A stretch of DNA of 64,000 nt from Phoronis australis (taxonomy: Eukaryota > Animalia > Phoronida): assembly GCA_002633005.1 (NCBI GenBank), contig NMRA01000668.1, positions 1-64,000 of the forward strand. Reading direction: 5' to 3'. The position numbers and the translations under genes were made by a program. Shown here in pieces: positions 1-13,545 of this stretch (positions within the stretch are counted from its first letter, which is position 1; each line of letters opens with the position of its first letter). The notes below the pieces were generated by a model, which did no database searches, had not been told where the DNA came from, and was given only the letters and a program-made list of their open reading frames with translations.

Positions 1-1029
1 AGCAGAGTATAAGCCAGGGTTTTGTCCATCATACATTCGTACCCTCGAACTCCCAAATGGAATCTAGGAAAGTTTTAGGGAGGACCATGTCCCCCTTGGC
101 CCCCCGTGAATTTGCCATTGAGAACTGTCCTGTTCCCCTCAAAGCCTACTGGATAACTTTGTAATAATGTTCCGTTGTAATCAGCATATTGTCTTTTCCA
201 TCCGTACCTAAACACTGTATATGTTTAAACGCGTAAACATACGTAAAGTAATGGTGGTTCACGTCAAATATGAATTACTGGCGGAAATTTAAGGCAACGT
301 GTTTTCAATAACAGCCTTGAGTAGCGGAAAGTGACAAAAGAAATCGAAGAAGCGTAAATAGAAAGCGAAAGTCGCTTGAAAGTGTCGAGTGCGTGGCTGA
401 CGAACATTGTTTGCCGGCGAAATGACTCGAACATTGCTGAGTCTACGCACAAACACTTTTGACATGTAGAACAAGTTCTGAGTGAAACAGAAGATTAACT
501 GCTGCGCTTGTCTTTCTTTTATTACAAAAACAAATACTCTGAACGTAGTGCGGGTGTCTCACACCCACGGTATAAGTCCTGCTATATTGTTTCCCTGCCA
601 AGAGGTGCCTTTTCTGACAAAATTGCCTACAAAACGGTGTCTTAACGACGTAAGTCTCAACAAAACGGTTCGATTTGGGAGTTTAAAACTCTGCAAAAGA
701 CTCTGTTTCCATCCAAAAAAGTTATTGGGTGTGTTTTGATATTGAATATGCCATCGAAACGTTGTTTGTAAAAGGATTTTTCATAACATGGGGTCCCTTC
801 TTTTACCGTTTCAGAGTTATTGGTCTAAAGACAGCTGTTCAAAAAATTGTATAATAAAGTTTCAGAAATTAACCCCTGGGAAAGGTTAATGTTTTTGAAA
901 CAAAGTATTGAGAAAAATTAAGCAGAAGAAAGAGGCAGGGATAGAGGAACGTGCGAAAAGGGAGATGGCGCTGAGTGCAGGGTCAAGGGGAAAAGGACAA
1001 GGAACGGAAACAAGCTACAGTTAACTTCA

Positions 1030-1505
1030 AACATGTTATAATGAGCTCCGAATTCAAGTATGAGTTGACAACTCGTATAATATGATATACAGGTACAAAT
1101 TCATTGCAGTTGGTTGGCATCTCATTGTGTTAGGTCAACAACTTATAGTATTTAGTTAGTTTTTGAACTCATTACTTTGAGTTGACAAGGCATGGTTATG
1201 AGCTGAGAGCTCATTATAGTAATTTGCAAACTCATAAATGATACCAAACACACTATAGTTTGTTGCGAATTCATCAAATTGACGGGACGCCTTATTAGTT
1301 GCGAACTCATTATAGTGACTTATATTAACATATTGAGATGCGAACGTGTTACAATTGTCTTTTACCTACTGTAAGTGTTATGAATAGATTTAAACGAATT
1401 GTCTCTTATGTTATTCAACTGAGTTGCAAGCTCCTAATAATGAATTTCAAACTCATCATAATGTGTTGTTAATTTATTAGGAGTTATTATGGTGAGTTGA
1501 AATTT
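1030..1505. repeat. Degenerate palindromic minisatellite (gagttg..aactcatta-type units)
   Basis: Recurrent self-complementary gagttg/caactc words at roughly 20-25 bp spacing. Confidence 0.55.
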
Positions 1506-3326
1506 CATTTCGCAGCAGAGTCGGCGTTAGAATAACGCGTAAAATACAGACCGGAACACGAGTCTTGGAAACGGAAGTATGACAAATAGGAATAGAATTA
1601 CGTAGGGCTGATAAGCCATCGAATTCTCACGTAACTATTTATTTTGCTATTAATTAAAGCAATAAATTAACTATTTGAAAGTCGTTTACAGCTAGTGGTT
1701 ATCTGGGCGTGGATTAGTTATAAAAGTGCAGTTTTGAAATTTCGTATTAAACACTCGAGTGATTCAACGACCTGTTATGTAATGAAGCCATGTTACAGTT
1801 TAAGGTTATGAAGGACCCTAGAAAAATGACCAAATTTGGCTACCTTCGAAATGGCTGATGGGACTCATACAGGTTTAGATACATGTACTGTGCTTTATGC
1901 ATTTTCTCCACAACGGTGTTAGGATTTGTTTGTAAGATATTTAAGTTTTGCATAAGAGGGTATCAAAACATAGTGGTTTTAAGATTTTTTATGAAGAACA
2001 TTCAAGAGTTGCATGTCACGAAAACGAAATGATCATTTTAGAAAACTATAAAAAATTAACGTAATTTTGCCAAATCTCTCCTTACGTCCGTTCTCGCGAG
2101 TTTTTTTTTGCAGAAAATTTTTACTCGAGTGGGCAAAGTTGATAATTCCGCAAATCTTGCAATGGTCTTTCTGTGGAAAACATTTTCGGAATATTTTCCT
2201 GAAAATTTAACAAAATGTTTGCTCCAGTTATGTCAAATACACGTATTTGCAGACCAAGGCCCGTGGTTTGATTTTTTTATACGAAAATATTTTTGGGCAT
2301 TTTCTGTGGAAACTCAAAATTTGATCGAAATATGGTGTCTGAAGACTAATGATTTTTCATAAAAATAACGGTTGTTTCATTTTCATACAAAATAACGATA
2401 GTTGCATACCAGGCCTGAGTAGAGATTCGTAGTTCATCGTACCAAAGTACGTCCTAGAACTGTGCCTATCCGCTAGACTACGAGGCAATACGCCGACGGG
2501 TAGACGAGATGAAAGCTATTAAATTTTGTCTTCTACATGTACATTAGGGACAGAGAACTGGACGTACAATGTGTACAGTTCTTAAGCAAGCCGACGCAAA
2601 ACTATGCAAGTCTACGCATAAACACGCAAGTCTGCGCAAAAATACGCCATTCTACACAAAACTGTGTTACTGCACGTCATCTCCATGCACTAGTAAGCTT
2701 CAATCGTTGCAAAGACAAAAATGATACTACACCGGGTATCAGTAAAGTGTACATCGTTTCCGAGCCTAACATGAATATCCATATCATTTTCGAGTTTTGC
2801 AGCATGGGTAACTCCAACTGACGAAGCTGAGTGTTACCAAGTAAAAATTAAAAAGTAAGAACGTAGTCAAATCCTACCATACGCTCACATGTATACACAC
2901 ATGTATAACCTTTTAAGGTTATACATGTTACAGTTTAAAAACTGTAACATGGCTGCACTACACATCTACTGCGCAAGGTTAACAAAGGTTAACACCACGA
3001 GTTCTTTTCCGATAATTCTCGAGCAGGCATTAAATTGCAAAAATATTATGTTATCAATTGATTCTTTGTGTAGTAAATATATGACCATCATTTTACCTGT
3101 CAAAACTATCTTGAACCATGACATGACGGTTATTACTTGCAGATTTATTGACCACATTTCAGCGATTTCCTGATGTCTTCCAGCAGCTGAAAAAAATTAA
3201 AAACGTAGCCGTTCAAATTCTCGTAACTAAATCACAGGCAGTGTATAATGTTTCCTTTATTTATGTAGAAAATATATCTGAAACTAAATTAGGCTATCCA
3301 GATTCTCCCAATGATACTATTGTTTC

Positions 3327-3570
3327 ATGAAATGAAGAATATTAATCGGTAAATAAAACAACAAGAATGGATCAACTTAAATTTGAAATTTTCGGACGTA
3401 ATAACTTCCTTTATCAACAAAAACAACATGTTGTAAACGGCCCTTGGATAACGTTCCTGTGGCATATTCAAACTTTTTTGTTGATAAAGGAAGTTATTAC
3501 GTCCGAAAATTTCAAATTTCAGTTGATCCATTCTTGTTGCTTTATTTACCGATTTATATTCTTTATTTAT
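3327..3570. repeat. Long inverted repeat (about 95-bp arms, about 50-bp spacer); foldback/MITE-like
   Basis: Arms are near-perfect reverse complements; the ORF track shows the same peptide on both strands. Confidence 0.9.
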
Positions 3571-5939
3571 GTGTACACATGGCTATCAGCCCAAAGTACA
3601 ACAGACAAACAAACAGAATCTTTGGAGTGCTATGACTCTAGTCAGCAATACACAAGCTGTTCCGTTTTTTAGATGCGTAGTATGCATATTTCACAACTGA
3701 GGTACATAACAGTCTATGAAATTTAAACAAAGAGGGACTTGTCCAGGGGCTCTCACTTAGAAACTTAGCTCTGATTTCGGAAAAAGCGTCGCAAACTAAC
3801 AAAAATGATATCCATCCGCGACACAATTCCTCGAGCATAATGTACAGACTCTGTCTTGATATATCACATTTACGTGGCTACCAGTTTCTACTGCCAGTCT
3901 GTGGTTTGCACGTCAAAAACGAGTAAAACTTTGCACGAACACTCTTGGAAGATTATCACTTTCTAAATAATTTTCATATTCAAATACAACCTTAAGATTT
4001 TTGTAATTAATTGGAATCAACATCGGACTGTCACCTTTGCAAAGCACAGTCCTGAACACGTTGAGAGAAAATATTTACAAATTACTCTTGACATACGACT
4101 CCTTGGTTTACCCAAACATCATAGAAACCATACATTGACAATAAATTGCAGACTGAGCTTGCCCAATTATACATACGTCTACCATTTTCATCTAGTCTGT
4201 ACAACATGTTGTAAGCGGCCCTTGGATAACGTTCCTGTGGCATATTCAAAATTCAGCATTAATACAGCTAACAAAGTATCTCGTAAACATGTGTAGGGTA
4301 CGTCATTTCAGGTCATTAATGAAGCACAACTTTTATTGCTTGGCGAAACCTGCATGGGAGCATAGTTCTAGGTGATTTGTTATGCCCCGTTGGCCATCAT
4401 CTAGGCTGATTGTTTGCTCCCAGAAGTGATTCGTCACATGATTTTATGCCATTATAACAATGGAAAAGCATCCAGCGACTAGTGAATAACTTTCCTTTAA
4501 CAAAATGGCTACGAAAGTGACACTACTGGTAAGGCCTAAGAGCATAGCCTTAGACGGTGACACAGTTTAGTGTCAACTATATGTATACATTGGCTGGGCG
4601 AATGACATGCTTCTGCATATCATTGCGTTGTTGTTCGCGTCCATAAAATCACAGAAAAGATAAAGCATCGTCTCGAGATTCAACAAAATTGTAGATTGAA
4701 CCACAATAAACAAGAAACGTGGCCACCTACTGCAGAGTATTAATTAATTACGAACGCATAGTGTCTGTTTGATTAACAATGTCCTTCAAACAAAGCTCTG
4801 ACTTTTACATTGGAAATACTTTGCATAATTGCGACAAAAAGTGGAGGAAATTTCAACAAAAGCAACAGAACAGTATTTTTGATTTTCAAAAACCTTAGCA
4901 AACCTAGAGCGAATTACATTTTGAAAGAACAAATTAAAGGGTTGAATCAGTTAAAATCAAGGCATAATGGCGTATTTACACATTTTTTCTCTACTCAGAA
5001 CTCTCAGGCTATCACAAACTCTTGGATTGCTTTACCAAGTACCACATTTGTCATGATTCTATGCCAAGTTGGCTCAGGGGCAAGTGTTAGTCAAACATTG
5101 GTGCACTTCACATCTCAATCTTGATCATAGGCCATCAGCTAACAGTTGAGTTCCGGATAAACTGAATCTCTGTTCATTGCTGTAACTGTTATGAAATCGT
5201 TACCATTCACAAAGGTATTTCTCTGCAGTGTGGGCTTTTTAGCTTGTTATTAGTCTAGGTAATGTAATGTAAAGCAACTTAGCAGGGGGGCAGCTCAAAT
5301 TTATTATGACTTAGAGATTTCTGCCAGTAGGGCAACGCAATGTTAGTCGAGACCACTGAAATACAGATTGAATATTTCTCATTTGTTGTTGCTTTTTATG
5401 CGAAATTCATAAACCTTCCCACGCTCACCTGATCTTGAATTGTTGCCGATGAATTCAAAATTTTAATAAACAAACCGAAACAATACATGGTGAACAGTTT
5501 AACATTTGTTTAAGAGGCAGAAAACCATAATGAATACGTAACCAAATTTAGTCTGGTTTTGCGTTCCAGGCCTCTTTAAAGGCCTATTTGGATATTGGTC
5601 TTTAGCCACCAAGAGAGGGCACTGCAGCTCTAAGAAATGATGTGTCATTACATACGCTTAAAAGATTTTTTGTTGACAGCATAGAGTTTACATCCTTCAA
5701 ATTGACTTCTCGTGCACGTAAACACTCGTTTGTTCGACTACTTACCGCGGCAGCCACGTGATATTCGAAAATGAAATCAGGCGCTTCGTGAAATAGTGTA
5801 ATAAAGGTGCTATAGGTTGCCGAAACTTAGTAGTTACAGTGTAAGCTTGATCTTTGATTTTTGTATTTGGAAATGCACCACGCAGCTCTTCACCCTAATC
5901 TCCGTCTCCCTAACCGCCTCATTTCGCAACAACCAAAAT

Positions 5940-6220
5940 GTCATCAACAACAATAATAATGATAATAATAACATCAACAATAGCATTCGAGTGGTTTATG
6001 ATAATGATAATATTATGTTATGATTCTTGACAACATGATGATTGACAACAAAAACAATACCTTAACAATTATTAAATTATAACATGGACATTATTATCAC
6101 CATCACTACGACTATAACTATAGTTTTACCACTTTTTATCATCTTAAGTTTATTCATATTATCGTTATTGTTTTTGTTATTAATCATACTATTGTTATTG
6201 TTATTGTTATTGTTATTAAA
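5940..6220. repeat. AAT/ATT-type trinucleotide low-complexity tract
   Basis: (AAT/AAC/GAT)n followed by (TTA/TTG)n. Confidence 0.85.
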
Positions 6221-9200
6221 GTAACTATTCCCCCGAGGGTGATAGATAACAGGTGCAGAACTATCATGGCCTCTCGACCACACTCTCATTTCATTCACCT
6301 GAACCTGTTTTGATCCATCAAGTTGCCATGTTAGTAAACAAGGTTGACATTATAGGATAGGGAGGATGCGTAGATTGTAACAAAAACGACACTGGCATAT
6401 GGTCATTGTAGCTCTCACTTTGCTTAAAGACAAGCTGACAAATATTCACGTAATTTATGTGTTTGTTTAGTGTAATGCATATGTTAGTTTATGTGAAGAT
6501 TATTTATCTTAAAACTTTAGGTCCTCTTTGAGTTATCAAACCCTGTCTGATTTAGAGAAATGCTTGCACATAAACTCAACATAATTGTCCGACACCATTG
6601 CACACGCCTCTGGTGAATACTATTGCCAATGTGACAAGAGTTGGAAATTCTCGGAATACATAATAAGTATAAAAATATGAGAGTTAAACTTTTTACATAT
6701 CCGTCATTTAATAACCAGTCCTATAGAAGTGCTTTATTAGCACACCGCTGATATTTCAAGTATTCTCAAAAGTAACATGCAGATTTCAAAGAAATGTTTG
6801 CATTGTCTAATTACCCATGTGTGTTAATGGGTCACGGTAACTGCGTTTACAAAAGAATTGTACTTTTGATGACCTAAGTGCTTTTTTATATTTTTGTATT
6901 CACATAAACTGTAACGAACCTGGTCAAAATCAATACGAAAACAATCATAAATGTAACTCTCTTCATAGGAGAATCTGGATCTTGTTTGATGGAGTATGTG
7001 ATATGAATTTGCTCGAAGTTCACCAACCTGCGTCAAAGGCACATAAACAGGAACAATTTCTGAAAGAGTTAGACTTCAGATCAAAAACAGTGCCTGGCTT
7101 TTGATGTTTGGTCATCGAATGATGTAGATTTTACCGAAGTTTGACCTGCATTAAAATGGACTGATCATCAATTTCTTTCAAGATGGGTTTATACATGTAG
7201 TTCGTAAAACATATGAACTGAAAAATTAGTAAGAGACTAATTTTTACATTTGAGTCATCTTATACACGGCAACTCATAATACAAACTTCATAAATTTGCA
7301 AATTTTCTGCATGCCGAGTTGCATGGATTTTTAGAGACTACCAATGCGTCCAATCTACTTACTATATTCCTATTTTAGTTGTCGCAGAATAATTCGGATA
7401 ACTGGTCAACTTGTGACAACGACGCGCAGCTGATTGCGTGATCAAGCGACACTAGGGGTCACAAGGTCACAATGAAAAGTTTCTGCCCGTCATAAAACAA
7501 CTTACAAATTTCAGTTCTTGCTGCATTTTGAGACGGATTTGTAAAGATTGTTTAAGTATCTCCAAACTGTAACATAGCAGTGGCTTTGAGAAAATTGGAG
7601 CGAAACTTTTGTAGAAAATTTTCACTGCACAAAATGAAATGCATAGATAGTCTCTAAAATCCAGTGAAGAATCTGTTGCTTACAAATGCTTGATTTGGGC
7701 ATCAATGAAAGAGTTGGCGAGTTGGAACACATCCAACGCAGGAGTCGAAACATCCTCCATTCATAAAATAAACTAAAATAATGATAATGATGGTGATGAC
7801 GACGGCGGTGGCGGCGGCGACGATGATGATTCTGCAGTAGCTAATCTACGTATTGTCAACTGGCACTTGGTTTGCAAATAAACTTTCAAAACAAGTTCTA
7901 AATGAAATGCTTAACTCACTGTAATGTCCAACGTAAACAAGTAATGTCGGCGATTATGATGATTGTTGCGATCACGATCAACTGTAACGTGACGGTTATA
8001 ACTTCCTGTGTTTCTCAGTCGCATAACATCGATCAGTGTAGTGGTACGTCATTGGTAAAACTGCGAACTTGTGAGACAAAGTCTACGATAACCTTTAGGG
8101 TTTTGTTACCTCAGCGCTTTGAAGCGAGCCTAAACCAGACAGTGACTTACCCGTCGTAATCGATCATAAATTGATACTCGTTGCTTAGCCGCGATGCTAA
8201 AGAAAATCTTCTCCGCTAAAGCCTCGATTTAAAAAATCAAAGATGGCTAATATTTACTTTTCAATTTTAAAAACAATCATGTTGGTCTTTTGCTTCACTT
8301 ATGGTTCTTGTTTTCATAAGGTTAACAGGCGTGTTGGTTTACGAACGCAATTATCTCATCCAGGACGTTCAACCAAGCGTATGAATAATGAGTACCTTCC
8401 TTCAATCCGAGACTGCGACATCAAGCCTTTGCGCCGAGGACTTCTCCAGATACTCTGTGGGTAAATGGTGCACGCTTTCTCGGTTTGCCTAATTTACACT
8501 AATTCATTTTCAGCCCAAATTCAGGTACGTCTGAATGCCTTGTCATTTCAATCGATTATTGGTAAGCGAGACATTTGTTCAGGAAGCTATTCTTTTCCTA
8601 AATCGAAGTTTGCGCCACGGATTCTATCTCCGGATTGAGCCCCAAGAGGGGTACTATCGATTTAACTTCTGTTGTATTCATTAAGGATTTTCAGCCTTTT
8701 TACCATTTCACGAGTCTGTGTGTTTTATTTTAATATACAGTATATTATATTGGAGAAGTTAAACAAATAGACAAATGTTAGATATTAGATAGGTGTGCAT
8801 TGAATTTGTAACTCCATCTTAGTCAATAATGAAATCATGGTAGAGACTTTTTTAAGTGGGAAGGTAATGTTTCAAGTCTTAAAGATACGCTTTCCTTACA
8901 TTCACCAATATAGAACGCAGAGTGTGTTGCGACAGTTGAAAGACATCATTGAAATATAAAACTGTGATATTTGCTTTAGCCTCGTTTTTGTTTGCTTTAT
9001 TTTACTATTAGATTTTTCAAAAAGTGAAAAGGGTTTGCGGAAACGTCATTGCATATGGCGGCAGCTGAGAGAGTCAGCTGCGTCACTCACTATACGATGG
9101 AAATTTTAGGTTGTGGTGGTGCATCACCAAACATAAAACCAAATTAAAAATCATATTAAGTTGAGTTCAGTTTGAAAATATATGGAACTTTGTGGAACGA

Positions 9201-10059
9201 GTACTATCTGAGCTTAAGTTCCGATTCAACTAACTTGCGTTAACATCCGTTTTATAAAGTTTTTAGCTAAAATGAGGCGAGAAAATAATCTTTAAGATTT
9301 GACAAGAGGTAAACGTAACAACAGAAAATAAACAAACTATGTGATTATGTGGCTATGTGGCAATGTGGCTAAACCACACACGAGGTATACATGGAGCTAC
9401 TGCTGAATATGACCACGCAGAAAAAATGGGGCCATATTTGATAGCCCCCCCCTCCCCTCCGCTGCCAATGGAAGGAAGCAGTGGGCCCATTATCTGATTC
9501 TAACAAATTCCGGACTTACATGTACTTATGAAAAACCTAATGACTAACTGCATATACTTACAACAAAGTCCACGTGAGTCTCAGTTAGATGATAGAGGAT
9601 ATACCAGTCTTGGCATACGTCAGGCGGAAGTTGGTTTGGGACCGGCACTAGCAATCTTTTTTCAAACCAGTAATGGAAACTGCATTGTAATCAAGTATTT
9701 TACTAGTGATTAGCTTCACGGACAAGGACTATAAATAAATACAAGCCTAACAGATACGTATTTGATTGAAAACTATGATTGGTACAATCTTCGTTTTCGA
9801 TTCGCGTCCAGGTATAGTTATCCAAACTGTACATCAACAAATGTCTGATCCATTTTGGGGTGCTCCGTGACCTTGTGGACGCTCTAGGCATACAACCGTG
9901 AGGCAGTGATTTCAGTTACATATACAGAGACGAGATATGTATTGCTCAACTCAGTCCTTTGCAAATCTCTTTTTCAGGGAGATTACATGGGTGGCACAGC
10001 ACTGAAAAATGTGGGGGCTATAGCCTCCCCCAGTCCCCTGTAGTACACGGTCCGTAAAC

Positions 10060-10101
10060 CATGGGCGGCGAAGCACTGGGAAAAGTGGTGCGCCGCCCAT
10101 G
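10060..10101. repeat. Small MITE-like hairpin catgggcggcg...cgccgcccatg
   Basis: 11-bp perfect terminal inverted repeats; a related decayed copy starts near 9986. Confidence 0.55.
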
Positions 10102-12465
10102 TTTTAGATCCGATCCCAATCGGGGGATCGCAGGAAACAATTCCATAGCCGCGGCCCTAAAGTCCAAATGCAATCCTCTACTCTGTCAAATTCCAGTCAC
10201 GGATCAGCAGACAGTGACCAAACTCGAGTTACAAATCCCCATACCTACACCCTTATACTTCACACCCGTGCCGAAAATGCTGCACACATTTCACCATCAA
10301 TAGTATATAATAATTATTATCATCATCATTATTATATTATTATCATATGATTTTAATGGCATTATTGAACCATTATAATAATAAATATCACATTAAAACG
10401 AATAACAAATTAGTGGTAACACTGACTGTAGTGAATAGCAATAATTCCAGTGCGTAGCGCTTTTCAAGTTTTATAATTGCCTTGTAACCTATTACTGTTA
10501 TTATTAAATTGGTGTTATTTTTATCATTATTATGATCATTCAATGATGTTCATCTTACGCTCGCGTTCGGATATACGAATAACAAATCCGTAACCAAAAG
10601 ATGCCCCTGACAAGAAATTCAAGTTTAGTAATTTCATCTAATATACAGACTGTATTCACTGCACATCCCTGAAAAGGCTAATGTATATAAAAACAAAATA
10701 TCCACATTTCCTATAATCCCTCTTGGGTAGTTTACAAAGAAAGAAATCTCTCCTGAATAAGTCTGAGACTAAATCACTACATGGTAGCAACGCAGAGATC
10801 TGTTACTCACGTTCTGACGTGCGCACAGCATGTCTTGACCTCCAACGCTCACTTCAACTCTGTCAAACGTTCGTCGATTTACATAAAAATACTCAACAGG
10901 TCTTTAAAACGGCTGTGTCAATTAGTCTAGCATTAAAGGCTCCTGTAAGGAATAACCTGTCTTTTTACACGAATTATTACATTTACTCACCGCAGTTGTT
11001 ATAAAGATGGCTATCTTCTTGATTCCCGTGCAAATCACTGACGCCTGTTAATCAGCGGCAAATTTACCGATTACCTGGCGATATCGTTTCTTTCATACAA
11101 CACCCGGTTTTGTAAAATTCATTTACAAATTCCGCTCTCGTATCCGGTGGTCACGTGATTCGAGAAATATTTAAGCAATAAATAAACTCGCCGATGACAG
11201 CAATCAGATAATCCTATCAGCGGTGTGACAGGGTGTCGTGACTCGCCCTTTGAATGTAATACCGGGGGTAATTCCGTTCCGTGGTAATACGTGCATGGCA
11301 CCGGACGGATTACCTTTTCAGCCACATGCTTTTGTACATGCACAATTAAATACAGTGCCAGCTAAAAAAACAACGACAAATGTTGAACTTCAATGTGTCT
11401 TGTGACACATATTTGTTATCATAGTTAAAGCTATTGTTACCTCGCCGTCAGTCGAATTTTGACCATTTACGGTTAAAGTGTTCCTTAGTCAATTTGTAAA
11501 TGATTTCAGGGTTTAGTAAGTTCACAATATTGCTGAAGACCACGCTCTTCGTGTTGGCTTTGTCATGACGTGTCACTGCAGTAAGCGCACAGCATACATG
11601 TACATGTAACAAACTGTGTCAGTTACTTGAAAATCCAAAATTCATTAGTCAGTTGGATAAAGGAACACGTTGCGATATAAGCATATCAAAAGAATCTAGG
11701 CATTTTTCATCGGAACGCGGGTTCTAATCGTTTTTTAAGTGATATTGTGTCATTTTCTACTAATTCTTCATAACCTGATTGTCATTTCAAAGCATCAGCG
11801 ACACACCTTCATTAAAAGTACAATAATACCCCCGGCAACCATACACAAACAACCACGGCCTCAAGGCTGATAACATCCGCAGAGAATGAAATATTGGGAA
11901 AATGTTGGGCGGAATTTTATTTTACGAAGGTTTTGCTACCACTAGCGAGCAGATAGTACTTTCTTAACTAGCTGCTAATCTACTCCATAAACTGCAAATT
12001 ACATTATATGAACTGGTTTACTTAAAAGGATACCAAGCCCTGTTTTGATGATTTGGCGAGTCAAACCTGCGCACCTTCGCCCGCTGGTGCACCAGTCTTT
12101 GCTCTGTCGAGTGGTGAAGGATTATTCAGACAATTTTGGTACCCTTAGTCTACCCTCGCGGCTATAGTTGTGTGGTCTTTCCCACATGTGTCTCGGACTT
12201 AACCTGCCAAGAGTGTTAGTTACGTTTTTCTTTTTAACAGACTTTGGTTGGGAAGCATCGGGCTTTTAAGTGTTGATGTGAAAGTAATATCCCCTGCTAG
12301 TGCTTGTGGCTGTAAATCCCAAAACGCCGCACTTTCCAAAAATGTGGCGTGAGATACGTAAACCAAGAAAATGTGCACTTACTGAACAACAAGAGCTTGG
12401 CGTTTGAGCATATTCTGATGACGGTCCAGTCACAAGATTAATGACGCAATTGCTAGGCGTTTTAG

Positions 12466-13545
12466 TTAAAGGGGCACGACTTTGTTCTCTGAAATTGGGT
12501 GTCATTATTCCGTGCTGGTACTTTTCAAGGCAAGTTATGAGCACCTTATTACCCTTGATACATTACAAGCTTAGTACCAGAAAGCCAGCCTGTTAAGCTG
12601 GGTGTAGTTCACTTATCTGCGCAGTGTTTTTGGCTTCTGCTGGGATCGATGAATATATTAAAGGGACTTATCTCTATTAGGCCTAGCTACAGCTCTCAAC
12701 GTCGCCTGTCAAGCACGATGGGAAGGCCGCGTGACATTTTGAAATGTCAAAACACGATTTCAAACTGATGTATAGAAATAATGGAGCCTTGGAAAACCCC
12801 AAAAATAAAAAAAGAAAAAAACTTCATAGAAAATGTCTTCCGAAGAGTAAACAGTTGTGACACTTCTTTAGATCACTCAGCTACATGTGAGTTATGTAAT
12901 TAGTTTGTAACAGGTCAGTCACCTAATTATACAAACTAATGTATGCGCATATTCATGCCATTAGAATTTCACTCGCAGAGCACACTTCACAACGTCACGT
13001 CATATTACGATGCTGGTGCCCGGTTTGTTAAACAAATAATAAAAATGCAGATGTTGGAAAAATAAGTTCTCGGGTATATTCACTCAACGCTTATCATTGC
13101 TTGAAATCATTATAAGAGGGAGACACTGCGCAGACGTATTGTGGCCGTCCGTAGTAAAAGGTAATCCAACTTGCGGACGGACGAGCTCACTCTGAGCGGA
13201 ATGCGTGGGCGCGTATCTCGCACCTTCTCCGGTACCGGTAAAAGTAGTTGGCTTTCATCACGTGGGTAGCGGAATGAGTTTTTGAATTGATGGAGAACAA
13301 TTGCGTTAAGCCGTGCCCCGTATAGAGTGTGACCTTTTGGGTGTGCACGTCTTTAACGTATTCTTGTATATATCAGAACGCGTGCTAATTTTACTTACAT
13401 TTTTTCATAACGCACCAGAACTAAGTCATTGGGTTTGAATCGTGTTCTGACCTTTTCAAAAAGTCCTACTTCTTCTCAGTTGAGATGCACGACAAATGAA
13501 GCAAAGATGCGAGCTATGGCTATAACGCAGAAATTGCCCCTTTAA
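12466..13545. mobile_element. Possible non-autonomous TTAA-flanked DNA transposon (Kolobok-like)
   Basis: ttaa-aggggca ... tgcccct-ttaa ends; only a short TIR match. Confidence 0.35.

Noticed and set aside
200-740. First exon or promoter of a minus-strand gene at the window start
   Set aside because: Only a possible donor near 207 and mild CpG enrichment; no recognisable product.
3325-3672. Matching ORFs on both strands (MDQLKFEIFGRNN...)
   Set aside because: Artefact of the inverted repeat.
5817-6298. Asn-rich ORFs
   Set aside because: Translations of AAT microsatellites.
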